Shown here in pieces: positions 9,308 through 17,719 of a stretch of DNA of 64,000 nucleotides (position 1 is the first letter of the stretch; each line of letters begins with the position of its first letter). The translations under genes and the position numbers were made by a program. Origin of the DNA: an uncultured Acidobacteriota bacterium (GTDB lineage: Bacteria > Acidobacteriota > Thermoanaerobaculia > Multivoradales > JAHEKO01); contig CAVQNG010000003.1 in assembly GCA_963713825.1 (NCBI GenBank), positions 1,792,001-1,856,000 on the forward strand, written 5' to 3'. The notes below the pieces were generated by a model that saw only the letters and a program-made list of their open reading frames with translations, did not search any database and was not told where the DNA came from.

Positions 9308-10126
9308 TTAGGTACGCCGCCAGATCGAGGGACGGTGCGACAATGCCTCGAAATGAGGCCCACCTGCCGGCAGCTCCTCATGTGCCCCGACGACCAGATA
9401 TCCACCAGGATCGAGGCGTTGGTGCAGGGCAGCTAGATTCTCGCGCTGGGTCTCTTCGACGAAGTAGGTGAAGGCCAGGTTGCGGCAGAGGATCAGGTGG
9501 AAGGGGCCCTCGGGCACTTCCTGGCGAAGATCCTGGTGAGCGAACCGGATTCCCTCACGGTAGGGCTCGCGGAGGAGCAGCTGGTCCTGGTCGAGCTCCT
9601 CAAAGGCCGCGTCACGAATCTCCTTCGGCATTTCCTTCGTGCAGCCAATGGGGTAGACGGCCTGGCGAGCGCGCTCGAGTTGATGCTCGTCCGAGTCCGT
9701 AGCGGTGATATTCAAGCGTGCTGTCTTGAGCTCGGGATCGTCCGAGAGTCTGCGTAGGATGGAGATGGAGTAGGGCTCCTCGCCTGCACCGCAGCCAGCA
9801 CTCCAGATTCGAAGCTCAGACACACCATTCGACTTCACTTGTCGAGAAAGCTCGGGGAGAACCTCCTCCCCGAGCGTCTCGAAGACCCTTCGATCCCGAA
9901 AGAACCTCGAAATCGTGATTCGACAGTAGCCGTCGAGGATCGCCCACTCGTCGGGGTGCTTGCTCAGATACTCTCGGTAGCTCCTTGTGTCCCCGAGCCC
10001 CAGATCTCGTAGCCGCCGCCCGACCCGCTTGCACACCTGCCCCCGCACTTTGCGGAAACCGGGCCACCGAAAGCCCATCCTCGGCAGGGCCCACTGCAGG
10101 AAGAAGATGCACTCGGTATCTCGCAT
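9308..10126 (-). CDS. cheR: CheR-family methyltransferase (orphan)
   Basis: ISRFFRD, RIWSAGCGAGEEPYS, ATD, LILCRNL..YF and GGYLVVGAHE motifs. Confidence 0.88.
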   Translation of the reverse strand: MRDTECIFFLQWALPRMGFRWPGFRKVRGQVCKRVGRRLRDLGLGDTRSYREYLSKHPDEWAILDGYCRITISRFFRDRRVFETLGEEVLPELSRQVKSNGVSELRIWSAGCGAGEEPYSISILRRLSDDPELKTARLNITATDSDEHQLERARQAVYPIGCTKEMPKEIRDAAFEELDQDQLLLREPYREGIRFAHQDLRQEVPEGPFHLILCRNLAFTYFVEETQRENLAALHQRLDPGGYLVVGAHEELPAGGPHFEALSHRPSIWRRT

Positions 10127-10158
10127 CGCCTACCAACTGGCTATCGGCGACGACACCA

Positions 10159-11673
10159 TTACTGGCGGCGCGCATCTCGCCAGCCCAGCAGGGCAGCGAA
10201 CCACATAGCCGACCGTGGGCTGAAGGCTACCCGCCACAACCCGCCATGGATTGCCCCCTCCATGAACAACTCTGCCGGGTGATCGAGAGGAACCGCCGGA
10301 TTGGCGGCAGCTCCCTCGTACCGCAGATCGTGTACCAGCAATGCCGCCATGAGTGCATTGCTGGTGCCGGTTTCGAAGGCCTCGACGCCGAAGTAGTCGG
10401 CCCCGGCGTAGGCTGCGGCGAGAGCCGCATTGCGTACAACGGAAACGGTGTTGGTTCCTGGTGCCACGTTGCTCGACACGCGGAGACCTTGGCTCCGGGC
10501 AAGGGTCGCCCTCCACCGCTGCAACCTTTTGGCCAGGGCGTAGTTCGGGCCTTGCCCAACCACGAGGCTGTCGACAATGGCCGTCTCCTTGCCAGGCGTC
10601 AGAGGCAGCATCCCGGTGATGTTCGGAGTAAACAGGCGATTCCCGCTCAATGTGCGCAGCGATTCCTGCCATAACTTGCCTGCGTCGCGCTCCTCGTATC
10701 GTTGCCGCGCCATCTCGGCTGCCTCTCGAGGAACGGCGAAGACGTCTGTTGGTGTTGCCAGAAGGGCGAGCGTGATCCCCGATTGCTGTACCGCCAGATG
10801 CTCCATGATCGCGTCCATGGCCATGGCCACTCGCACATGCTGACTTCCGTCCAGATAGGCATATCCCCCAACGGTGAGAGGGCTATCGAGCGCCGCCAGC
10901 CAGGAGGCGATCTCTGGTGTCTCTGCGATCAGGTCCGCTCCGGCCTGGGAAGCCAGCACCGCGTCGTCGAGCTCGGGTCGGAAGGGGCTTCGAAGGGGGA
11001 GGATCAGACGGCCGTTTCCCTCCCGCGCATCGGCGATGAGTCGCTCCCAGATCGGCGGCCGATTCAGGTCGACAGCAACGATGTTCGCCCGCCAGCGGTT
11101 GAAGACCTGAAACGGGCCCATCTCGGCCCCTGCCCCCAACAAGACGATCGTCTGGTCAGCAAGGTCGAGCCACTCGGGGTTGGCCTGCACACGCCTCAGG
11201 GCCTCGGCACAAGAGGGCTCGTAGATTCCCCTGGCTTCCCAGTCATCGATCTGCCGTAGCAGGTCGCCTCCCGACAGGTGCTGTCCGGCATACGGGATAG
11301 TCAGCTCTCCTGGCGGTGAAGCATCTTGGCCCTCGATGACAGCCGTGTGCAGCTCTGTTTCTAGACTCCCCTTCATAGCCTCGGGGATGGAAAAGGTGTC
11401 TGGTCCCCTCACGAAGACCATCTCCCTGTACAGCGCACTCATGCCGTCCACGGCAACCCTCTCAGCAGCCTCGGGAGCTTTCAGCCCAGCTTCGACGAGC
11501 TTGCGATAATGGCGAGGATACCGATTGTGCCACGAGTCCTCCCGCGCGACTTCCTCCGCCGCAGCCTCGTCGATGGTGCGCAGTGCATCTGACAAGACGC
11601 GCTTGGCTGTGACAGTCGTGCCTCGCTTGTCCTCACCGGTTTGCGGGAAATTGAGGCCCTGTACTTGGTCCAT
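10159..11673 (-). CDS. Conserved hypothetical protein with Rossmann-like and SDR-like YxxxK motifs
   Basis: 504-aa ORF with TIVLLGAGAEMGP, NIVAVD and NYALAK...GLRVSSNVAPG. Confidence 0.7.
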   Translation of the reverse strand: MDQVQGLNFPQTGEDKRGTTVTAKRVLSDALRTIDEAAAEEVAREDSWHNRYPRHYRKLVEAGLKAPEAAERVAVDGMSALYREMVFVRGPDTFSIPEAMKGSLETELHTAVIEGQDASPPGELTIPYAGQHLSGGDLLRQIDDWEARGIYEPSCAEALRRVQANPEWLDLADQTIVLLGAGAEMGPFQVFNRWRANIVAVDLNRPPIWERLIADAREGNGRLILPLRSPFRPELDDAVLASQAGADLIAETPEIASWLAALDSPLTVGGYAYLDGSQHVRVAMAMDAIMEHLAVQQSGITLALLATPTDVFAVPREAAEMARQRYEERDAGKLWQESLRTLSGNRLFTPNITGMLPLTPGKETAIVDSLVVGQGPNYALAKRLQRWRATLARSQGLRVSSNVAPGTNTVSVVRNAALAAAYAGADYFGVEAFETGTSNALMAALLVHDLRYEGAAANPAVPLDHPAELFMEGAIHGGLWRVAFSPRSAMWFAALLGWRDARRQ

Positions 11674-11883
11674 GGTGCACCCCCAGAGATCTCAGGGTCG
11701 TTTGCGTACCCCAGTCTCGGCTTCGCACAGAGGTGGCGAGGAGCAGCGGCTTCGTGTGCTCAGCCTTGCGGATGGCGGTTCAAGGCAGGTTGCCCAGGAT
11801 CTGCCGGGGCGATTCTCAAGCTGGGCTCGCGGCATGTCGTGGTGACGAGACCGGGGTGATCTAGCGATCACTGCTGTCTGGGC

Positions 11884-12465
11884 TCAGGAGAGCGGCTCGA
11901 TCAGCTCTCGGTATCGCGGAGCGCCGAACTCATTGCCTTGGCTTTTCGCCACCGTCTCTTCGATCTCTGCGGCATGCGCAGCGAAATGGCCGGGGATGAC
12001 TTCGGAGAAGATCCTCTCCATCGTCAGGGGCGTCCCACTCGGAAAGGCGGTCTTGTTGTGCCACTGACTGTCCTCCACGTTCCTCAAAAGGGCCACCATT
12101 TTCGAATTGGCGGCGTCGTACCTCCTCAGCACTTCGTTGCGGTCGGCACCCCTTGCAGCTAGTTTGGCTGCCATGAAGTTCAACCGACGGGCGAGACGGC
12201 TGTGGAGAATCGTGGGCATCCCTTTGTTCTTCCCGGCGCGCCGTACCATCATGGCGAAGGCGATCTCCATGACACGACTCATGTGGCAGAGCACTTCTTT
12301 CACTGTCCAGCTGGTCACCACGCTCTCGAGGGCAAGCTGATTGTCACTCAATGAGCCGACGAGCTCGTGAAAGCTCCGGCGAGTCTGCTCGAGCCTCGCC
12401 TCGAGCGCTTCGCGATCGACAGGAGTCCCTGCTGTAGGCGGATCTTGATCCTGAGGGGAGGTCAA
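11884..12465 (-). CDS. DinB/maleylpyruvate-isomerase N-terminal-like protein
   Basis: SWTVKEVLCHM and a C-terminal HxxxH (HFAAH). Confidence 0.75.
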   Translation of the reverse strand: MTSPQDQDPPTAGTPVDREALEARLEQTRRSFHELVGSLSDNQLALESVVTSWTVKEVLCHMSRVMEIAFAMMVRRAGKNKGMPTILHSRLARRLNFMAAKLAARGADRNEVLRRYDAANSKMVALLRNVEDSQWHNKTAFPSGTPLTMERIFSEVIPGHFAAHAAEIEETVAKSQGNEFGAPRYRELIEPLS

Positions 12466-12571
12466 GGCTGCCTCCTTTCCTTACAAGATTCACCCTCAAC
12501 CCTAGCGAGACTGCCGGTCGCAGTCCACCTGTTGTTCGGCTTCAAGCCTGGGATAGATGTCTGGTCTGCAC

Positions 12572-12600
12572 AAAGAAAAGGCCGGGCGCGAGGCCCGGCC
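12572..12600 (-). terminator. Rho-independent terminator after the NTF2-like gene
   Basis: Minus strand reads GGCCGGGC-loop-GCCCGGCC followed by TTTTCTTT. Confidence 0.85.
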
Positions 12601-12627
12601 GAGATCGCACTCCTGTGGTGCGCAGGG

Positions 12628-13077
12628 TCAATCGTCGATCTCGCCGCCACTCCAGGTGAAGTACACCCACTTGCCGTCCTCTCTGATCAGGACGTCGGTG
12701 TATCTGCCGTGGTCGGTCTCCCGTTCTCCTTCCTTGTCCTCCGAAAGCTGAGAGTAGTAGTAGTGGGCCACGGCGGTGTCACCCTGCACCGCAATTCCGA
12801 TCGGAGTCACCTCGGCCTCCAGATTCTTCGACGATTCAGCGTTCCGTTTCCACCAGGCGCTGATCTGCTCGCGATTCCTGGGAGCGGGGGTGTCCATACC
12901 CCAAGCCAGGAGATTCGGATGGCATACCTTCGCGCACCAGTCCGTTTGATCATCGACATCCCATGTCCATTTCACTACCTTCCAAACTTCTTGCTGCTCG
13001 GCCGACCACTCCTGGCCGATTGCCGCGGGTGCGACCAATATGGCCATCAAGGCCAAAATCGTTGGAATGTGCTTCAT
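12628..13077 (-). CDS. Secreted NTF2-like/DUF4440 family protein
   Basis: RBS GGGAGG; signal peptide MKHIPTILALMAILVAPAAIG; GDTAVAHYYY and GRYTDVLIREDGKW. Confidence 0.8.
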   Translation of the reverse strand: MKHIPTILALMAILVAPAAIGQEWSAEQQEVWKVVKWTWDVDDQTDWCAKVCHPNLLAWGMDTPAPRNREQISAWWKRNAESSKNLEAEVTPIGIAVQGDTAVAHYYYSQLSEDKEGERETDHGRYTDVLIREDGKWVYFTWSGGEIDD

Positions 13078-13323
13078 CTCTTTGCCTCCCCTCGAATGTT
13101 GACTGACAATCGTCTGCTCTGAAGCGATCATCAGCCGTTGTGCTCCTGGGCAGTCCGCAGTTCTGCGGTCCTCCAGTGCCCATGCGCGAAGCCCGGCGAG
13201 AAGGAAGCCAGGACCAGATGCTCCGCGTCCCTGGGTACGCCCCAGGTTCTACCCTTTCGTGGGTTGTGGTCGGAGCCTACCAGTCCAGATTGCCTGAACG
13301 CGAGGAGAAGGTCAGAAGGAAAA

Positions 13324-15747
13324 CTACTCGGGCAGGTTCATCTGGCGCAGGAGCTCTTGAAACCGGGGCTCGTTCCTGAGGGATCGGAGACTCGCAAAGA
13401 CACCGATGTAGGGAAGGTTCGGGTCGTGCTCCTCGAAGGCGAGGTCGAGCTGGTCGAGGGCCTCACTGGTCATGCCGGCCTTGGCGAAGGCGATGCCGGC
13501 GTACAAGGGGTAAGTCTTCATCCTCTGGTTCGGATTGTCCACGTTCGCAACGTGAAAATAAGCCAGCTCCCTCTCGGCACCCGTGAAGCCACCTTCGGCG
13601 TAACCGGCTTCCATCGCTGCCGCGGCCTCTGGTAAACCGGTGGCAGTCCAAAGTGCGACATTCGCCGCGTACGATTCTTCAAGCCTCCCCAGGCAGTAGT
13701 AGGACCTGACCAATCCGCTCAGGGCGATGGGTTGGTTTGGAGTCGCCTCGAGGACCCCGCGGTAGAAGTCGATGGCTTCATCGCACCGATCTGTCCCGTT
13801 GAGCACCACTCCGTTGAGCACAAGAACCAGAGCGTTGTACGGGTCGAGCTCCAGGGCTCGCTCCATCTGTACGGTGGCCTCGGCGGGGCGCTGGTTGATC
13901 AGCAGATAGTGAGAGTAGTAGGCCCGCACATCCGCCCAGTTCGGCTTCAGCTCGATGGCGCGCCGAAAGGCGGTCTCGGCGCCCTCCCAATCCCAATCGC
14001 TCCAGGCTCTGACGATTGCGAGTGCGTAATGGGCTTCGGCAACAGACTCGTCAATCTCGAGGGCTCTTTCTGCAGCCGCTCTTGCCTTCGGTCCAGCCTC
14101 TTCCACCGGTGTGAGGCCCATCTGCTGACGTCCGGCCCAGACCAGTGCAAGGCCAGCGTGAGCCGGGGCGTAGTCCGGATCCCTCTCGAGCGCCTGCTCG
14201 AAGTAGTGCTGGGCAGCCTCCAGACCTGCCGGGGTCATCTCGGCGATCTGGGCCTGTCCTTTGAGATAGGCCTCGTAGGCCTCCGGGTCGACTTCGCGGC
14301 TGCTGGCGAGGAGGGCTTCTTCCTGCGGTGTCAGCGTGACCTGGATCTCCTGGGCAATCGCCTGGGCCACTTCGCCCTGCAGGGTCAGGATGCTCGAGAT
14401 CTCGCGCTCGTAACGGTCGGCCCAAAGGTTCGTCTCGGTGGCGGCTTCGATGAGCTGGGCGTTGACCGCAACACGATCGCCCTCGCGTGCTACCGAGCCC
14501 TCGACGAGACCGTCGACGTTCAGCTCGCGAGCGATCTCTGCGAGCGGTTTGTCGCTGCCTTTGTAGCGCATCGCCGAGGAGCGCGAGGTCACCTGGAGTT
14601 CGGCGATTCTGGAGAGACCGGTGATCAGGGCTTCGGTCATGCCGTCAACCAGGTAGTCCTGCTCCGGGTCACCCGAGAGGTTCCTCAGCGGCAGCACTGC
14701 AAGAGAGCTGATCTGCGGACCTTGCTGGGTGACTTCGGTCGGCTCACCAGGACCTCGTCCCGTGAACCACACTACTCCGGCCACGACTGCCAGAATCAGC
14801 GCCGCGGCCAGCAGGACCCGAGCACCGATTCCGAACCGAGTGGTCTTCGACCTGGTCCGAGCGACCTCTGCTCGTCCGGCGGTCAGTTCTCCGTCGAGCT
14901 CTACAAGTTGGGCGTGCAGCTCCCGAGCCGTCGGAAAGCGATCCTCCGGGTTCTTCGCGAGACATCTCTCGATCGTGTTAACCAGGATCTGGGGGATTCC
15001 GGATCTGAGCTCGGCGACGGATTCCGGCTCGTCGCGCAGGATACTCGACATGAGAGTCGCCGAATTCTCGCCGCGAAACGGACGCAACCCGCAGGCCATC
15101 TCGTACAGCACGACTCCGAAGGAGAAGATGTCCGTCCGAGGATCCACCGGCCTTCCCTGGATCTGCTCCGGCGACATGTAGGGCACGGTGCCCACGACCA
15201 GTCCTTGCCGGGTCAGTGGCTCCATCTCGGTCTGGAGCTCGGTTTCCAGCTGCGTGTCCAACAGGGTGTGCGCCTCCTGCCGGGACTTCGCCAGGCCGAA
15301 ATCGAGCACCTTCACCCGACCTTCATTCGTCACCATGATGTTGGCTGGCTTGAGGTCACGGTGAATGATGCCCTTCTCGTGCGCTGCAGCTAGCGCATCC
15401 GTCATGGCAACGACAATCTCGAGGATCTTCTCGACAGGAAGCTCACCTCTGGAGATCACGGCCGAGAGAGGCTCGCCCTCGACCAACTGCATGGTGAGGA
15501 ACCGGATCCCGTCCGACTCCTCCACCGAGTGAATCGACACGATGTTCGGATGGTCGAGGGACGCGAGGACCCTGGCTTCCCGCTTGAAGCGGGCAAGGCT
15601 GTCCGGGTCTTCAGTGAGTGCCGCTGGCAGGACCTTGAGCGCCACGTGACGTCTGAGCGTCGTGTCTTCAGCTCGGTACACCTCACCCATCCGACCTGCT
15701 CCGAGCTTGTCGAGGACACGGTAGTGCCCCAGGGTCTGGCCGATCAT
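13324..15747 (-). CDS. Ser/Thr protein kinase with TM helix, TolB-like domain and TPRs
   Basis: HYRVLDKLGAG.MGEVY, VALK, HRDLKPAN, DFG, YMSPEQ; SLAVLPLRNLSGDPEQDY; TPR repeats. Confidence 0.93.
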   Translation of the reverse strand: MIGQTLGHYRVLDKLGAGRMGEVYRAEDTTLRRHVALKVLPAALTEDPDSLARFKREARVLASLDHPNIVSIHSVEESDGIRFLTMQLVEGEPLSAVISRGELPVEKILEIVVAMTDALAAAHEKGIIHRDLKPANIMVTNEGRVKVLDFGLAKSRQEAHTLLDTQLETELQTEMEPLTRQGLVVGTVPYMSPEQIQGRPVDPRTDIFSFGVVLYEMACGLRPFRGENSATLMSSILRDEPESVAELRSGIPQILVNTIERCLAKNPEDRFPTARELHAQLVELDGELTAGRAEVARTRSKTTRFGIGARVLLAAALILAVVAGVVWFTGRGPGEPTEVTQQGPQISSLAVLPLRNLSGDPEQDYLVDGMTEALITGLSRIAELQVTSRSSAMRYKGSDKPLAEIARELNVDGLVEGSVAREGDRVAVNAQLIEAATETNLWADRYEREISSILTLQGEVAQAIAQEIQVTLTPQEEALLASSREVDPEAYEAYLKGQAQIAEMTPAGLEAAQHYFEQALERDPDYAPAHAGLALVWAGRQQMGLTPVEEAGPKARAAAERALEIDESVAEAHYALAIVRAWSDWDWEGAETAFRRAIELKPNWADVRAYYSHYLLINQRPAEATVQMERALELDPYNALVLVLNGVVLNGTDRCDEAIDFYRGVLEATPNQPIALSGLVRSYYCLGRLEESYAANVALWTATGLPEAAAAMEAGYAEGGFTGAERELAYFHVANVDNPNQRMKTYPLYAGIAFAKAGMTSEALDQLDLAFEEHDPNLPYIGVFASLRSLRNEPRFQELLRQMNLPE

Positions 15748-15852
15748 CGAAAGCTATCCTCGATCTGACGTGTCCCTATCCTACGTTCTCGGCCACCCGC
15801 GGACACTACCCGACGGGGCGGGGCATCCCGAGTCGTGTAGCATGCTTGGCCC

Positions 15853-16821
15853 ATGGGAAGTGGACCCGCGCTCTCTGTCGTGACGATCGGCTACGAGTCG
15901 GCGGCCGACTGCCGGTTGGTGATCGGAGAGCTGGCGCGTCAGACGCTGGCGAACGAGCTCGAGGTCATCGTTGTGGCTCCGGATCGAGAGGGCCTCAGTG
16001 AGGACCACATCGAGTCCTTTGGCACCTGGCAATGGGTCACCCTCCCAGAGATTCGGATCTGTGGAACCGCCATGGCAGAGGGTTTCAGGGCGGCGGCCGG
16101 GCCCTTCGTGACCTATGCTGAGGAGCACACCTATCTCAACGACGATTGGGCCGAACAGGTTCTCGCGGCCCATAGGAAGGGCTACTCGGTCGTCGGGTTC
16201 GTCATGGAGAACGCGAACCCCGAGACGCTGACCAGCTGGGCTCACCTCTATGGCCAGTTCGGGCCGGTGGTGGCACCCGTGGAGTCGGGAGAGTCAGACT
16301 TCCTGGCGGGCCACCATGTCTCCTACAGCCGGAGCTTGCTCCTCGGCTACGGCGACTCTCTGGATGACATGTTGGAAGACGAATCGGCGCTATTCCTCGA
16401 TCTGCGATCGAAGGGAATTCGCATGTATGTCGCAGGAGAGGCCATCTCGAGACACGTCAACATCTCCAGCCTTTCTGCTTACATGCTGATGGACTACCTG
16501 GGCCAACGGAGTTTTGCCGGCGCCCGTGTGCAGGCAGGCAATTGGAGCTTTTTCAAACGCCTGGCTTTCGCTGGCGCCCTTCCGTTGATCCCATTTGTGA
16601 GATTGCGGCGGATCATTCGCGACATTCGCCGATCCGGTCGGCAGGAGTTGCTCCTGCCCAAGATCCTTTGGCCCATCGGCCTGGCCCTGTCCGCGGGCGC
16701 CTGGGGAGAGATGCTCGGCTATCTGATCGGTCCTGGCAACGCAGCCGAACGCAAAGCCCCGGCTGAGCTGCAGCGAGAGAACTATCTGGCGAAGCGGGAC
16801 CACTGGTCGAAGGCCAATTAG
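15853..16821 (+). CDS. Glycosyltransferase family 2-like protein
   Basis: N-terminal LSVVTI..ELEVIVV, EEH at the DxD position, hydrophobic C-terminal helices. Confidence 0.75.
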   Translation: MGSGPALSVVTIGYESAADCRLVIGELARQTLANELEVIVVAPDREGLSEDHIESFGTWQWVTLPEIRICGTAMAEGFRAAAGPFVTYAEEHTYLNDDWAEQVLAAHRKGYSVVGFVMENANPETLTSWAHLYGQFGPVVAPVESGESDFLAGHHVSYSRSLLLGYGDSLDDMLEDESALFLDLRSKGIRMYVAGEAISRHVNISSLSAYMLMDYLGQRSFAGARVQAGNWSFFKRLAFAGALPLIPFVRLRRIIRDIRRSGRQELLLPKILWPIGLALSAGAWGEMLGYLIGPGNAAERKAPAELQRENYLAKRDHWSKAN

Positions 16822-16909
16822 AACGCGTCGAGGAAGTCCTGGTCTTTGCCTGGTTTGGCGCGAGGAACGGTGTACATCTGACAGAACGAGGAGTCAAAAC
16901 GGGGATTTC

Positions 16910-16951
16910 TGACACAGACAATTTGACACAACTGTCATAACAATCTACACT
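16910..16951 (+). promoter_or_regulatory. Sigma70-type promoter of vapBC with overlapping palindromic operator
   Basis: TTGACA (16923-16928), 17-bp spacer, TACACT (16946-16951); palindrome TGACA-CAAC-TGTCA (16924-16937); extra TGACACA at 16910. Confidence 0.8.
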
Positions 16952-16958
16952 CGAGACT

Positions 16959-17243
16959 ATGGTGAAGACGCGCAAGATCCAGGTGACGCTCGAGAAAGAT
17001 CAGTACGAGAAGCTGGCCGAGATCGCCGAGCGAGACGGCAAGAAGCTGGCTGCGGTGGTCCGGGAGTCGGTCGTTCAGTACTGCCTGGGCCCGGAGTCGA
17101 AGAAGGCCAAGCGGGAAGCCCTCGAGACACTCCTGGCTGAAGCTGCGCCTCCCCCCGAGGACTACGGCACCTGGGAGCGCGAGTACTCCAGGCTGAAGTC
17201 CAAGCCCGAGGACTCGAAACCCAGGCGAAGGACTGGGGGCTGA
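16959..17243 (+). CDS. vapB: Antitoxin, CopG/ribbon-helix-helix-like (VapB)
   Basis: KIQVTLEKDQYEKLAEIAERDGKKLAAVVRESV fits an RHH pattern; stop lies 1 nt before the PIN toxin start. Confidence 0.8.
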   Translation: MVKTRKIQVTLEKDQYEKLAEIAERDGKKLAAVVRESVVQYCLGPESKKAKREALETLLAEAAPPPEDYGTWEREYSRLKSKPEDSKPRRRTGG

Positions 17244-17244
17244 G

Positions 17245-17673
17245 ATGGGTGCCGAAGGATCCTACTTTCTCGACGCCAACATCCTGATGTACGCCGCGGG
17301 CTCGGCTCATCCCCTGAGAGAGCCTTGCAGGGATGCGCTTGCCAGAGCGGTCGACCAGGAAGTCAGTCTGGTCACCGACGCCGAGGTACTTCAAGAGATC
17401 CTTCATCGCTACTTCTCGATCGGAAGGCCGGAGAGTGCCCGCACTATCCATCGCTCGGCGATCGATCTCTGTGACGAGGTCTTTCCGATCGATGTGAAGA
17501 ACACAACGAGAGCTCTGGAGTTGCTTCTCGCGCACCGGGAACTCACTCCACGGGATGCAATTCACGTGGCCGCGATGGAGCATCGCGGGCTCGAGCTGCT
17601 GCTTTCGACCGACCGGGATTTCGACGGTCTGCAGCAGGTCGAGCGGATCGATCCAGCTACCTTTCTTCTCTAG
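17245..17673 (+). CDS. vapC: PIN-domain toxin VapC
   Basis: FLDANILMY, EVLQE, RDAIHVA and STDRDFD acidic PIN motifs. Confidence 0.92.
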   Translation: MGAEGSYFLDANILMYAAGSAHPLREPCRDALARAVDQEVSLVTDAEVLQEILHRYFSIGRPESARTIHRSAIDLCDEVFPIDVKNTTRALELLLAHRELTPRDAIHVAAMEHRGLELLLSTDRDFDGLQQVERIDPATFLL

Positions 17674-17705
17674 AGATCGAATAGGTTGGATTGTTCTGGT
17701 GAGCA

Positions 17706-17719
17706 GGTGCCAGGCAATT
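17706..17719. repeat. Degenerate GGTGCCWGGCACC palindrome
   Basis: GGTGCCAGGCAATT between convergent genes; resembles the copies at 26087 and 54551. Confidence 0.4.

Noticed and set aside
13100-13140. CTGATGA on the minus strand suggesting a hammerhead ribozyme
   Set aside because: No stem II followed by GAAA and no stem III/UH arrangement can be built.
13732-15393. 553-aa ORF and other long opposite-strand ORFs (e.g. 30112-31272, 33925-35055, 49728-50825, 24014-25063)
   Set aside because: Antisense shadows of well-supported genes, expected from high-GC codon bias; they carry no motifs.
15680-15710. Kinase Gly-loop GAGRMG instead of GAGGMG as a sign of a pseudokinase
   Set aside because: GxGxxG is still satisfied and the VALK, HRD and DFG motifs are intact.
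16959-17673. vapBC as a marker of a genomic island or prophage
   Set aside because: No integrase, transposase, att-like repeats or phage genes lie nearby.
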